From the NCBI GenBank assembly GCA_963668315.1, contig OY764216.1, positions 672,001-736,000 on the forward strand: a stretch of DNA of 64,000 nucleotides, given 5' to 3'. The position numbers were made by a program, and so were the translations under genes. Below the pieces are notes generated by a model, which worked only from the letters and a program-made list of their open reading frames with translations, had not been told where the DNA came from and did not search any database. Numbering within the stretch: the stretch's first letter is position 1; every line of letters starts with the position of its first letter. The DNA comes from Spirochaetia bacterium. Its GTDB lineage: Bacteria > Spirochaetota > Spirochaetia > DSM-2461. Below are positions 1 to 9,783 of the stretch, one piece after another.

Positions 1-1815
1 CTGATCAGGGAGATTATCGTCAGCCTCTTCAACCCCTTCGTCGATATGGGTTTCGCCGAAAGACTGGGATTCGGAATAAAACCGGTCATTCTTTCGGCCA
101 CCGCTCTGTTCTCCCTGATCTGTCTCGGGCTGATTTTCCATATCCTTAAGCCTCTTTTCCAATACCTTAACAGGGGCATAAAAGAAGAAAGCGCCCGTAA
201 ATCGGTACTGATCATCCCCTGGCTTCTCATTCTGTTTCATATAATCATCTGGATAATCGCCACCACCGCCATCTACGCCTTCGTATTTCACTGGAACAGT
301 CCCGGCGGCGTGGGTTTTCTCACCAGTATGTTCAACTCCGTTTCCTTCGGCTTTCTGACCGGCCTGATGTCCGCCATGGCGATGAACGCCCTGCTGACAG
401 CTCCCAAGAAAGAGTTGAATATGACGACGATCAAAGAGGGCGAGCGGAATATTTACCTCCGCTGGAAAAATCATCTCCTTATCCTTTCCCTCCTGATCCT
501 GACGGGAAACTTCAGCGTCTACTGCATCTCCTTTTATATGAATTCCCCCTCCATCCCGCCGGCCCTGTCAAATCCGGCGGTCTCCGTCTTCTTTCTCATG
601 CTCTTCTTCGCCGTCCTTTACTTCCTCATGAACCGATTCAGCCAGTACGAAGACCGGCGGCAGGAAGAACTCATGGCACAGAGACTGGATGAACTGAATG
701 AGGCGGGTGGGGACCTGCAGAAGCGGATCGTCCTGATGAACTTTGACAACCTGGGAAAAATCTGCCACCGGTTCAACCGCTTCCTCGCGATTCTGACGGA
801 GATGATCAAAGAGATAGGCAGGGCGGAACGGGACCTGGAAGAGAGCGGAATTAAACTGACGTCGGGAATAGAAGAGACCATGGAAAGCATGAAAGCCCTC
901 AGCGACTCTTTCCTGGTGATGGACGAACATTTCAAACAGCAGCGGGAGCATGTTTCTCAAACCAGGGATAACACGGAACTGATCGAGAAATCCACCGAAG
1001 AGCTGGATATTCAGCTTCAGCAGCAGTCCGTTGTTATCTCCCAGTCCTCGGCGGCCATAGAGGAGATGATCAGCAATATCACCTCCATAACGAATAATCT
1101 CAAAAAGAACAGCGATCTCTTCGCTCACCTGAATGATCTTTCCGACGAAGGCCAGTCGCGCATGCACGGCGTTATGGAGAGCATCGGAGAATTTCAGGCC
1201 CAGGCGGCCAAACTGACCGAAGCGAACAATCTCATCGCCGGGATAGCCGCCCGCACGAATTTGCTGGCCATGAACGCCGCCATAGAAGCCGCCCATGCGG
1301 GAACGGCGGGGCGGGGATTCGCCGTGGTGGCCGAAGAGATCAGAAAACTGGCTGAGAATTCCACTCTCCGTTCCAAGGATGTCAGCGTCACTCTCAAAGA
1401 GACGGGGACCCTAATGAACCGCATAGCCGGGGATGTGGAAAATACCGATGCTTCCTTCGAACAGCTGCGGGAGAGGCTCGGATCGACGGGACAGCTCCAG
1501 CAGGAAATCATGTCCTCCATGGAGGAGCAGGAACTGGGAGGGCGGGTCGTTCTTTCGGGACTCGGCGGCCTGAAGGAACAAGCGGAGGAAGTGGAGAAAT
1601 CCGCCCGTGAGGTAAGAGAGAACACCCGGAATATTACCAGAAGCATGGAAGAGCTGAACCGCTGCTCACAGGATCTGGAAAACATCCTGACGGAAGTGAG
1701 CGAAGGGAGCGGCCGGATTCACGCTTCCATGGATAAGATAGGCAGTCTGGACAAAATCAACCGGAAGAACATCAGTTCCATCGGAAATAAAATCAATCGG
1801 TTTAAAACCGAATAA
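1..1815 (+). CDS. Methyl-accepting chemotaxis protein with multi-TM N-terminus (probably 5'-truncated by the window)
   Basis: Frame is open from base 1. Several hydrophobic helices, a HAMP-like segment (GDLQKRI...FNRF) and the MCP hairpin [38 protein letters not shown]. Confidence 0.93.
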   Translation: MIREIIVSLFNPFVDMGFAERLGFGIKPVILSATALFSLICLGLIFHILKPLFQYLNRGIKEESARKSVLIIPWLLILFHIIIWIIATTAIYAFVFHWNSPGGVGFLTSMFNSVSFGFLTGLMSAMAMNALLTAPKKELNMTTIKEGERNIYLRWKNHLLILSLLILTGNFSVYCISFYMNSPSIPPALSNPAVSVFFLMLFFAVLYFLMNRFSQYEDRRQEELMAQRLDELNEAGGDLQKRIVLMNFDNLGKICHRFNRFLAILTEMIKEIGRAERDLEESGIKLTSGIEETMESMKALSDSFLVMDEHFKQQREHVSQTRDNTELIEKSTEELDIQLQQQSVVISQSSAAIEEMISNITSITNNLKKNSDLFAHLNDLSDEGQSRMHGVMESIGEFQAQAAKLTEANNLIAGIAARTNLLAMNAAIEAAHAGTAGRGFAVVAEEIRKLAENSTLRSKDVSVTLKETGTLMNRIAGDVENTDASFEQLRERLGSTGQLQQEIMSSMEEQELGGRVVLSGLGGLKEQAEEVEKSAREVRENTRNITRSMEELNRCSQDLENILTEVSEGSGRIHASMDKIGSLDKINRKNISSIGNKINRFKTE

Positions 1816-1837
1816 ACCTCAAAATTCTGCGAAACAC

Positions 1838-1866
1838 TTGACGAATCCTCCCAAAGGGTTTACGTT
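1838..1866 (+). promoter_or_regulatory. sigma70-type promoter for the ABC operon
   Basis: TTGACG(1838-43)-17 nt-TACGTT(1861-66), about 120 nt upstream of ATG 1990. Confidence 0.6.
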
Positions 1867-1989
1867 TCTTTCAGTAGAAACATAATTTTTACGATACGCG
1901 GAAAATCCCCCGGGAAATGTACCGCTCACCCCGTAGGCCGGCCGAAACCCAGAATGAACTGTCCGCCTATGCAACCAAAGGAGTCTCTC

Positions 1990-2976
1990 ATGAAAAAAAC
2001 GCTTACCATTCTTTCGGCGCTGTTCCTGCTGGTTTTTTCTCTTGCCGCCAACGGTAAAGCCGATGACGGAACCGTTAAAATCGGTATTTCCAAGATCGTC
2101 GCTCATCCCGCTCTTGACGCCCTTGAACAGGGTATTGTGGAAGTGGTGTCGGAAACCTACCCCGATGCGGAATTCGATCTTCAGAACGCCAACGGAGAAA
2201 TCAGTACCGCCTCTTCCATCGCCCAGAAATTCAAAGCAGGCAAGGTAGACGCCGCCGTAGGCATCGCGACTCCCACCGCCCAGGCTCTTGTTCAGACGAT
2301 TACCGACTCCCCTGTCATCTTCGCCGCCGTTACCGACCCTGTGGGTGCCGGACTTATCACATCCACCGACAAAGGGGAAGGCAACGTGACCGGTGCTTCC
2401 GATATGATCCCCGTATTCGAGCAGATCAAACTCCTCAAGGAACTGACGGGCATGAAAGCTCTCGGTCACGTATACACCTCTTCGGAGGATAACTCTTCCG
2501 CCCTGGCCGCCCTGACCAAGGATGCCTGCGATAAACTGGGCGTGGAATTCATTCCCAGTTCGGTCAGCAATTCCGCCGAAGTAAAACAGGCGGCCCAGGC
2601 GATAGCCAGCCGGGTCGACGCCTACTATGTAACCACGGACAACACCGTTGTTTCCGCTCTTTCTGCTCTGACCGATGTGGCCGCTGCCAACGGACAGCCC
2701 GTATTTTCTGCCGACCCCACCAGCGTGGAAGCGGGAGATATTTTCATGGCCTGGGGCTTCGATTACTACAAAATGGGCAAGGCGACCGGCCGGCTCATCG
2801 TCGACATTCTCAAGGGGGCCGATCCCGATTCCATCCCCACCCTCTTCATGACCGATCCCTCCGATATTGACCTGTATATCAACATGGACGTGGCTGATAA
2901 ACTGGGTATCGCGATTCCCGAAAATCTTCAGGAGAATGCCTCCACCCTGATCAAAAACGGAGCGAACGTTAAATAA
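1990..2976 (+). CDS. ABC substrate-binding protein (ABC_sub_bind; Trp/Tyr-type family)
   Basis: SD AAGGAG before ATG 1990; signal peptide; motifs IVAHPALDA, AVTDPVGAGL, GNVTGASD, TDNTVVSA, DYYKMG. Confidence 0.88.
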   Translation: MKKTLTILSALFLLVFSLAANGKADDGTVKIGISKIVAHPALDALEQGIVEVVSETYPDAEFDLQNANGEISTASSIAQKFKAGKVDAAVGIATPTAQALVQTITDSPVIFAAVTDPVGAGLITSTDKGEGNVTGASDMIPVFEQIKLLKELTGMKALGHVYTSSEDNSSALAALTKDACDKLGVEFIPSSVSNSAEVKQAAQAIASRVDAYYVTTDNTVVSALSALTDVAAANGQPVFSADPTSVEAGDIFMAWGFDYYKMGKATGRLIVDILKGADPDSIPTLFMTDPSDIDLYINMDVADKLGIAIPENLQENASTLIKNGANVK

Positions 2977-3881
2977 TGATTGAAGGTATTCTTGTAGAGG
3001 GTCTGATCTACGGAATCATGGCCCTCGGCGTATTCATCACATTCCGCATACTGGACTTTCCCGATCTTTCCGTGGACGGAACGTTTCCCCTCGGCGCGGC
3101 GGTTATGGCTTCAACCCTTACCGCCGGCCTTCCCCCGCTCCTCTGCCTCCTGCTGGCCTTCATCGCCGGCGGTCTGGCGGGCATGCTCACGGCCCTGATC
3201 CATAACACGCTCAAGGTCCCGGGGCTTCTTGCCGGAATCTTGACCATGACCATGCTCTGGTCCATCAATATCAGGATTCTCGGCGGCAGGGCCAACCTGC
3301 CCCTCATGCGGGTGGAAACCATGCTTACCCGCTTTCAGGACAGCATGGGAGCCATTCTCTCCCAGCCGGCCGCCCTTCTCGTTTTCTGCTTCATTGCCGT
3401 TCTTATCGTCAAGCTGGTTCTGGATTTCTTTTTCCATACCGACCTGGGGCTGACTCTGGGAGCCATGGGTTTCAACGAACAGATGGTGATCGCCCAGGGT
3501 ATTGATCCCCGCACTCTTAAGTACATCGCCCTGGGGCTGGCCAACGGACTCGTCGCCATGTCAGGGGCCTTCGCCGCCCAGTACCAGGGATTCGCCGACG
3601 TCAATCTGGGGCAGGGCATCATTGTGTCGGGCCTCGCCATGGTTATGCTGGGCGAATTCATCCTCCGTTCCAATAAAATCGGATGGCTGACGACCCGGGT
3701 CATCCTTGGTTCCATCGCCTACCGGGCGATCATGTACGCCGGACGATATTACGGCTACTACATCAACCTGACGCCCAACGACCTCAAACTGATTACGGGA
3801 ATCCTCATTATAGCCGCTCTCTGGATCACAAAACTCCAGGATAAGAAAGGGGCGCTTAAGAAGGGGAAGGCGAAGAAATGA
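2976..3881 (+). CDS. ABC permease (BPD_transp_2 type)
   Basis: FRILDFPDLSVDGTFPLG, LLAGILTMT, QYQGFADVNLGQG; hydrophobic; TAATG overlap with the SBP gene. Confidence 0.9.
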   Translation: MIEGILVEGLIYGIMALGVFITFRILDFPDLSVDGTFPLGAAVMASTLTAGLPPLLCLLLAFIAGGLAGMLTALIHNTLKVPGLLAGILTMTMLWSINIRILGGRANLPLMRVETMLTRFQDSMGAILSQPAALLVFCFIAVLIVKLVLDFFFHTDLGLTLGAMGFNEQMVIAQGIDPRTLKYIALGLANGLVAMSGAFAAQYQGFADVNLGQGIIVSGLAMVMLGEFILRSNKIGWLTTRVILGSIAYRAIMYAGRYYGYYINLTPNDLKLITGILIIAALWITKLQDKKGALKKGKAKK

Positions 3882-4669
3882 TAAAACTGCAAAACATACA
3901 TATGGTGTTCGGTATCGGTACCCCCGACGAGAATCATGTTCTGAACGATCTCTCCCTTCAGGTCAACAGGGGGGATTTCATAACGATCATCGGGTCGAAC
4001 GGAGCCGGAAAAAGCACCCTGTTCAATGTCATCTCCGGCAAATACACCCCTACTTCCGGCAAAGTCCTTTTCCAGGAAGGAGATGTCACCAATCTTCCCG
4101 AATACAGGCGGAGCCGGTATATCGGCCGGATTTTTCAGGATCCCCTGCTGGGAACAGCCGGCAATATGAGCCTGGAAGACAACATGGTCATCACCAGCAA
4201 AAAAGGCTTCAAGGGCCTGCGCGTCAGCCTGAACAACAAGCTGCGGGAAGAGTTCAAAAAAGAGCTGGTCCAGCTGGATATGAACCTCGAAAACCGCCTT
4301 TCCGACAATGTGGGAACCCTTTCGGGAGGACAGAGACAGGCTCTTACCCTCCTTACTACCGTTCTTTCCCAACCGGAAATACTCCTCCTTGACGAACATA
4401 CGGCCGCTCTGGATCCGAAGAACGCCTCAAAGGTGCTGGAACTGACCTGCCGTTTCATCGAAAAATACAGCCTGACGACCATGATGGTCACCCATAACAT
4501 GCAGCAGGCCATCGACTACGGCAATCGCCTCTTGATGCTTGATGCGGGGCAGGTGATTTTCGATGTTTCCGGTGATGAGAAGAAGAATCTCACCGTAGAC
4601 CAGCTGGTTAAAAAGTTCCACGAGATAAAGAAGAGCGATTTCCTTTCGGACGAAGCGCTTCTCTCCTGA
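3878..4669 (+). CDS. ABC ATP-binding subunit
   Basis: Walker A GSNGAGKS, signature LSGGQRQ, Walker B LLLDEHTAALD, H-loop VTH. Confidence 0.95.
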   Translation: MIKLQNIHMVFGIGTPDENHVLNDLSLQVNRGDFITIIGSNGAGKSTLFNVISGKYTPTSGKVLFQEGDVTNLPEYRRSRYIGRIFQDPLLGTAGNMSLEDNMVITSKKGFKGLRVSLNNKLREEFKKELVQLDMNLENRLSDNVGTLSGGQRQALTLLTTVLSQPEILLLDEHTAALDPKNASKVLELTCRFIEKYSLTTMMVTHNMQQAIDYGNRLLMLDAGQVIFDVSGDEKKNLTVDQLVKKFHEIKKSDFLSDEALLS

Positions 4670-4696
4670 GAGACTTTTTCAATAACACAATTTCTT

Positions 4697-5938
4697 TTAT
4701 AACCCGGAATCCTGCAAGGCTGGATCCGGGTTATTTTTTCTCTTCGGAAGAACCAGACTAAGGGCGGTATAAAAAAAGGCCGCCGCCATAATTAGCGAAC
4801 AGATTCCCATAAGGGAGCGGGTGCCCAGGGCTTTTACGATAAGAGAGGAGGCCAGACCGTTCACAATGATGACCAGGGAGACGGCCACGGTATACAGATT
4901 CTGATAGGTGGCTTTCAGATGGGGCGGAGCTATCTGATTCAGAAGGGGGACTATCCCGTTTATGTGGAGACAGACGCCCAGGCCCATCAGCATCTGCACG
5001 ATTATATAGAAGGCGGGGCTCTCCACCTGGGGGAAAAGATAAAAGATGATGAACCTGAGTGCCTGGAGAAGAAGATCGAACAGGATAAGAAATTCGCTCC
5101 CCCACTTCTCCCTCAGAACATGTCCCTTGAAAAAGAAGGGGACCTCCAGAACGGCAGCCAGCCCGAAGGCCAGCCCCATCTGGGAGTAGGTCAGATTCAT
5201 CTCAGAAAGAAAAACGCCGGTAAAGGCAAATCCCATTCCGAAACTGATCATGCGTATAAAGGTCAGCACAATTAAAACACGAAGAACGCGGTCGCTCAGA
5301 AGATGTTCCCAGGAAAGATCGACCTTTTTCACCTCCGTGGAGAAACCGCTCAGAGAAATGAATCCCAGAACCGCAAAGACCAGACCGTACACGAGAATGG
5401 CATCCACAAGCCTTCCTGAAAAATCGAGCCAGCGGCCTACAAGGAGACAGCAGAGAATCCATCCGATAGACCCCAGAACCCGTATCCGGCCATAATAATC
5501 GGCATGGCCGTCCTGTTCCTCCAGAGCCTTAAGGGAGCCCGTATCGATGAGAGGAACCAGCGGCCTCAGAAAAAACTGGGTCATCACGGCTCCGGGCAGC
5601 AGGAGCCAGAGCCTCCGGAGGATCGTCATGTGGACAAAGGGCCCCAAACCGGGGATCACGACTACGGCCGTGCCCAGGGATACACCGAAGGCGCACAGGC
5701 TTATGAGGCGGTTCGTAATCTGATATTTATCGGCAATATATCCCGCCAGGAGGGGGGAGAAGAAAGCGACCAGAGCCTGGACAAGCAGTATGACGCCGAT
5801 ATATTCGTATTGGGGATTTCCCGAAAAATCCACCAGATGCTGCTTATAATAAAGGGTGAAGTAGTTTGCCCCGCCGGCCAGCGCGAAATAGTAGAGAAAC
5901 TGCATTAGTCCCGCCTGCCGTACAGCCGTGTTTTTCAT
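4697..5938 (-). CDS. MFS transporter (MFS_1-like)
   Basis: About 12 TM segments; GYIADKY motif A; YGRIRVLGSIGW; start taken at ATG 5938 after a G-rich SD. Confidence 0.85.
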   Translation of the reverse strand: MKNTAVRQAGLMQFLYYFALAGGANYFTLYYKQHLVDFSGNPQYEYIGVILLVQALVAFFSPLLAGYIADKYQITNRLISLCAFGVSLGTAVVVIPGLGPFVHMTILRRLWLLLPGAVMTQFFLRPLVPLIDTGSLKALEEQDGHADYYGRIRVLGSIGWILCCLLVGRWLDFSGRLVDAILVYGLVFAVLGFISLSGFSTEVKKVDLSWEHLLSDRVLRVLIVLTFIRMISFGMGFAFTGVFLSEMNLTYSQMGLAFGLAAVLEVPFFFKGHVLREKWGSEFLILFDLLLQALRFIIFYLFPQVESPAFYIIVQMLMGLGVCLHINGIVPLLNQIAPPHLKATYQNLYTVAVSLVIIVNGLASSLIVKALGTRSLMGICSLIMAAAFFYTALSLVLPKRKNNPDPALQDSGL

Positions 5939-6013
5939 TACTACCCCCCGCCTTCCCACCGAAACCCGGTCTAACTATACGCGGTTGACTACTGATGAAC
6001 AATCCCCCGGCAT

Positions 6014-6043
6014 AAAAAAAGCCCCGATGATACCGGGGCTTTT
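6014..6043 (-). terminator. Intrinsic terminator after the YccA-family gene
   Basis: A7-GCCCCG-7 nt loop-CGGGGC-TTTT; U7 tail on the minus strand. Confidence 0.75.
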
Positions 6044-6062
6044 CTCATATATGAAAGGAAGA

Positions 6063-6767
6063 CTAGTTTCTTCTTCCGAAAATCCTCAGAATGAAGAGGA
6101 ACATATTGATAAAATCCAGATAGAGCTTCAACGCTCCCAGGATCGAAAGCTTAACGTAGGAAGCCTCATCCACCTGATGACTCATCTGATCGCTCATCCG
6201 TTTAATCATCTGTGTGTCGTAAGCGGCCAGTCCGGTAAAGAGGAGCACGCCGATGTAGCTGTAGATGGTAGCGAAAAGGGAGTTGTAAAAGAACATATTT
6301 ATCAGGCCCGCAACAAGAAGGCCGATCAGTCCCATGAAGAGATAGTGTCCCCAGCTGGACATGTCCTTTTTCGTAACGGTGGCCCAGAAGCTGACAACAC
6401 CGAACATAACGGCGGCGGCGATGAATGCCGAAGAGATGTCGCTTCTCGTATAGACGAGGAAAATGATGGAAAGGGTCAGGCCATTGAGGGCGGAATAGCC
6501 AGTAAAAGCGGCCACGGCTCTTCCCGTGCTCATGCTCATTATATTGCGTGAGAGGTATATAACAAGGGCGAATTCAGCGATCATGAGAAGAATATAGGTC
6601 ATGCCGCTGTAAATCTGCCGGTACAGACCTCCCTGAATGACAACCCATGCCACGCCGGCGGTTATGAGAAGCCCCATGGTCATCCACAGGTAAACATTCC
6701 TTAAAATGGTCTGCTCCTTCTGTGCCTGGGCTTCCCGTGAAAATGATCTGTTGAATAAGTCAGACAT
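6063..6767 (-). CDS. Bax inhibitor-1/YccA family membrane protein
   Basis: 7 TM; LRNVYLWM, AYDTQMIK, GALKLYLDFINMFLFILRIFG; SD AAGGAG. Confidence 0.93.
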   Translation of the reverse strand: MSDLFNRSFSREAQAQKEQTILRNVYLWMTMGLLITAGVAWVVIQGGLYRQIYSGMTYILLMIAEFALVIYLSRNIMSMSTGRAVAAFTGYSALNGLTLSIIFLVYTRSDISSAFIAAAVMFGVVSFWATVTKKDMSSWGHYLFMGLIGLLVAGLINMFFYNSLFATIYSYIGVLLFTGLAAYDTQMIKRMSDQMSHQVDEASYVKLSILGALKLYLDFINMFLFILRIFGRRN

Positions 6768-6875
6768 GCTTTACTCCTTGTAGGCCCCTGCGGGGCTTTC
6801 ATTATTATAATACTGAATTCTGCGGGGGAAAACTACTAAAAAAACCCCGGGGATGGTTAAAGTTTTGTAATGTTT

Positions 6876-7505
6876 TCAAACGCCCAGAAGAAAATAGGCG
6901 AAAAAGCCCGTTCCCAGAGGAATGATCACATTATCGTAATCCTTCAGGGGTATGGCCTCAAGAAGGGTGGTAAAAAGGGCGAGAAGAAAGGCATCCACCA
7001 GATTTCGCGTTACAAGAAAGGAGGACAGATAGACGGCCCCGAAGCAGGCCAGGGAGCCCTCGAGCGTCTTGCCGTGAAGAAAGGGGACAACCGTTCTGCC
7101 CCAGACTTTGCCCACAAGGCTGGCTAAACCGTCACCGAAGGCCAGAGCGTAAATTGCCAGAGTGGACGCGGGGTGGGGAAAGAAAATCAAAGCCAGCAAA
7201 ACCCCCAGCAAAAGAGTGAGGGGCCCCAGGACGAAATGCCCTTTGTCCCTTTCACGGGATGCCAGCTCCGTAATCCAGGAGACGGGGGAAAAATTTCTTC
7301 TATGTTTAAAGCGGAAATATTCGTTGAATGTGTAACTGAAAAGACCGAAAACGACAGCCCAGATAGTCATCATGAGATTCAGAGAAGCAAAAAACGGAAC
7401 CAGAGCGATAAGCATATGTATAGACTTTCGTAAAAGTTCGTTTGCTAAGGAATAATGCTTTTTATCAATCACCGTCGCACTAATGGTCAAGCTCCTTACC
7501 GGCAT
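6876..7505 (-). CDS. Phytol/dolichol kinase-like membrane protein (CTP_transf_1)
   Basis: ELLRKSIH, LAFGDGLASLVG, GKTLEGS, DYDNVIIP. Confidence 0.85.
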   Translation of the reverse strand: MPVRSLTISATVIDKKHYSLANELLRKSIHMLIALVPFFASLNLMMTIWAVVFGLFSYTFNEYFRFKHRRNFSPVSWITELASRERDKGHFVLGPLTLLLGVLLALIFFPHPASTLAIYALAFGDGLASLVGKVWGRTVVPFLHGKTLEGSLACFGAVYLSSFLVTRNLVDAFLLALFTTLLEAIPLKDYDNVIIPLGTGFFAYFLLGV

Positions 7506-7621
7506 AACCTACCATCCTTTTTTAAATCCTCGCCTAGTGACTACTAGTTTATAACCCCCCCGGTAAAAAAACAACGAAACTATTTTTTTTTTGCCAGAAA
7601 CCACCGAATTGACACAATTGT

Positions 7622-8761
7622 CTATTCGCGAAAGGAGATGGGCTGCCACTTGGCCGGATCGGTCATATTCGACGCAATCATTCCCATATCCACGTCCTTT
7701 GTCATTTCGGCGAACAGGTAGGATTCCCCTCCTACGTCAAAGGTATATCCCCCCCGGTCCACGGCCACTCCGGCCATGGCATGGGCGTACTCTTCGGATA
7801 CAAGCAGAATCCCGTCAATGCCGAAATGGTCAAGCAGAATGAGATAGGCCAGAGCCAGAGAATCGCAGTCTCCCACCCCTCTTACGGTACTGGCGAGGGG
7901 CGAAAGCAGATCGGAAAAAGTCCCGGAGCTGCCGTATTCAAAACCCTGAAACCAGTTCAGCAGAGTTTCCGCCGTTTCCAGAGATGATTTACCGGAGAAA
8001 TGCGGTTCCAGCGCCTCGTAAATTTCATCAAATCGGTGGAAATTATCCCGGTAGATAAGTTTGTAATAGCGGTCCCAGGCCAGGGCGGCGTCGGGAGTCC
8101 CACGATTATAATGGGTCAAAAGAGGCGCTTCCCGTTCAATAACCACCTGGGAGGCTTCCAGCTCAAAAGGATCGTAATCATATATGAAAGCCCTGCCGTT
8201 GAGAAAGTCGGTTTTCTTCTCGTAGGTCGCGTTTTCCTCGGGATAGAAGAGCCGGGAAATGATACCGGGTGATCTTCTTGATTCCTCTCCCGGACTGAAA
8301 CTATCCAGGCAGGAGAGAATATAGGGAAAGGCCGTTTCATAATCCCCTTCGGAGGAAAAAACAATAACCCGATAGTCAAAGTCGGCACCGTCGAGAAACA
8401 GGTACCACCCCCTGAAACGGTTCCCCCCGCTCTCAAAGGAGATATCGGCCAGCAGGGACTGCCATTCCAGATAGGGGAGCAGGGACTGATCGTTCTTCTG
8501 GGCCCCTATCCCCTCGGCGAAATACCGGTACATATCGTTGACATCATCGAACTGACTTCCCTCATACCAGGAGATCTGCATAATAACGCTCTGATCATCG
8601 GAAATGAAACTGAGATCCCTCGTCTCACCTTCTTCGCTATACATTTCCCATTTGACGGGAACATTAATACGGTAATTCCCCTCTTTCAGATAATACTGAT
8701 CCCCCCAGAGGGGAAAGAAGAATACCGTAGTGAAAAGGGCCGCGGCCAGTCGTATTTTCAT
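7622..8761 (-). CDS. Secreted protein with a C-terminal transglutaminase-like domain
   Basis: Signal peptide; GDCDSLALAY...AHAMAGV...LFAEMT suggests a Cys-His-acid triad. Confidence 0.65.
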   Translation of the reverse strand: MKIRLAAALFTTVFFFPLWGDQYYLKEGNYRINVPVKWEMYSEEGETRDLSFISDDQSVIMQISWYEGSQFDDVNDMYRYFAEGIGAQKNDQSLLPYLEWQSLLADISFESGGNRFRGWYLFLDGADFDYRVIVFSSEGDYETAFPYILSCLDSFSPGEESRRSPGIISRLFYPEENATYEKKTDFLNGRAFIYDYDPFELEASQVVIEREAPLLTHYNRGTPDAALAWDRYYKLIYRDNFHRFDEIYEALEPHFSGKSSLETAETLLNWFQGFEYGSSGTFSDLLSPLASTVRGVGDCDSLALAYLILLDHFGIDGILLVSEEYAHAMAGVAVDRGGYTFDVGGESYLFAEMTKDVDMGMIASNMTDPAKWQPISFRE

Positions 8762-8768
8762 ATTTTAT

Positions 8769-8796
8769 TTATCGGCAAAGAATTCCCCGATGCTTA
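8769..8796 (-). promoter_or_regulatory. sigma28-type promoter, probably leaderless
   Basis: Minus strand: TAAG-16 nt-GCCGATAA-7 nt-ATG(8761); no SD. Confidence 0.55.
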
Positions 8797-8803
8797 ACGG
8801 GCC

Positions 8804-9742
8804 CTAACGCTCTCGATTATTCCCGGCCCAGAAAATAACTCCCGTCCCGGCGGCCATCATGAGAAAACAGAGGATCTGGCCGGTGGAAAAGTTCAGGAGA
8901 GAATGGGTCAGGTTGAAGTTTTCCTCGGGGCCCCAGTTGATCACGTACCCGAGATTGGCGTCGGGCTCGCGGAAGTACTCGATGAAAAACCGGAAAAATC
9001 CGTAACCGAAGATATAGGATCCGATCATAAAGCCGTGAAAAGGTTTTCGGGGACGAATGACAAACCAGAGGATCAGCCCCAGAATGACGCCTTCAAATAA
9101 GGCTTCATACAATTGGGAGGGATGGCGCGGAAAATTAACCGAGCTTAACCCGCCCAGCCCGATGCCGAACTCGCGGGCCAGATCTTTAACCCAGTCCAAC
9201 TGGGTGGAGAAGCGGGACGCCTGGGGAAACCGCATTCCCCAGGGGACGGTGGTAACCCGCCCGTAAAGCTCTCCATTTATAAAGTTTCCCATTCGCCCGA
9301 AAAAATAGCCGAAGGGTATGGCCGTGCAGACCATGTCGCCCCAGAGCCAGACATTCAGCTTCTTCCTGCGGCAGTAAAAAATAAAACCGGCGGAAGCTCC
9401 CACCACGCCCCCGTGATAGGACATGCCCTGGAGACCGACGAGACGTCCGCCCTGAAAGGGCCAGAAGATAAGCCAGGGCCTGGTGAGATAGAGAAGACGG
9501 TCATCGGAATAGATGAAAACAGAGAAAAGCCGAGCCCCGAGAATCAGGCCCACAATCCCCCAGAAAAAGAAATCCCCTACCTGCTCTTTCTCCACTTCAA
9601 TTTTGTCCTTTTTCACCTGGAGGGAAAAAAAGAAATAAGCCAGCCCGAAGGCGATAATATACATGAGTCCATACCAGCGTACGGGGAACCCCGGAATAAT
9701 CTGAGGCCTGATCCAGGAGGGAAAATCAATATAGAAAGGCAT
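8804..9742 (-). CDS. lgt: Prolipoprotein diacylglyceryl transferase
   Basis: VRWYGLMY, GMSYHGG, GRMGNFINGELYGR, RHPSQLYEA, RFFIEYFREPD. Confidence 0.97.
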   Translation of the reverse strand: MPFYIDFPSWIRPQIIPGFPVRWYGLMYIIAFGLAYFFFSLQVKKDKIEVEKEQVGDFFFWGIVGLILGARLFSVFIYSDDRLLYLTRPWLIFWPFQGGRLVGLQGMSYHGGVVGASAGFIFYCRRKKLNVWLWGDMVCTAIPFGYFFGRMGNFINGELYGRVTTVPWGMRFPQASRFSTQLDWVKDLAREFGIGLGGLSSVNFPRHPSQLYEALFEGVILGLILWFVIRPRKPFHGFMIGSYIFGYGFFRFFIEYFREPDANLGYVINWGPEENFNLTHSLLNFSTGQILCFLMMAAGTGVIFWAGNNRER

Positions 9743-9783
9743 AAATAGAACTCCTTAATTTCTGGGAAGGGATTTTTTCCCCA

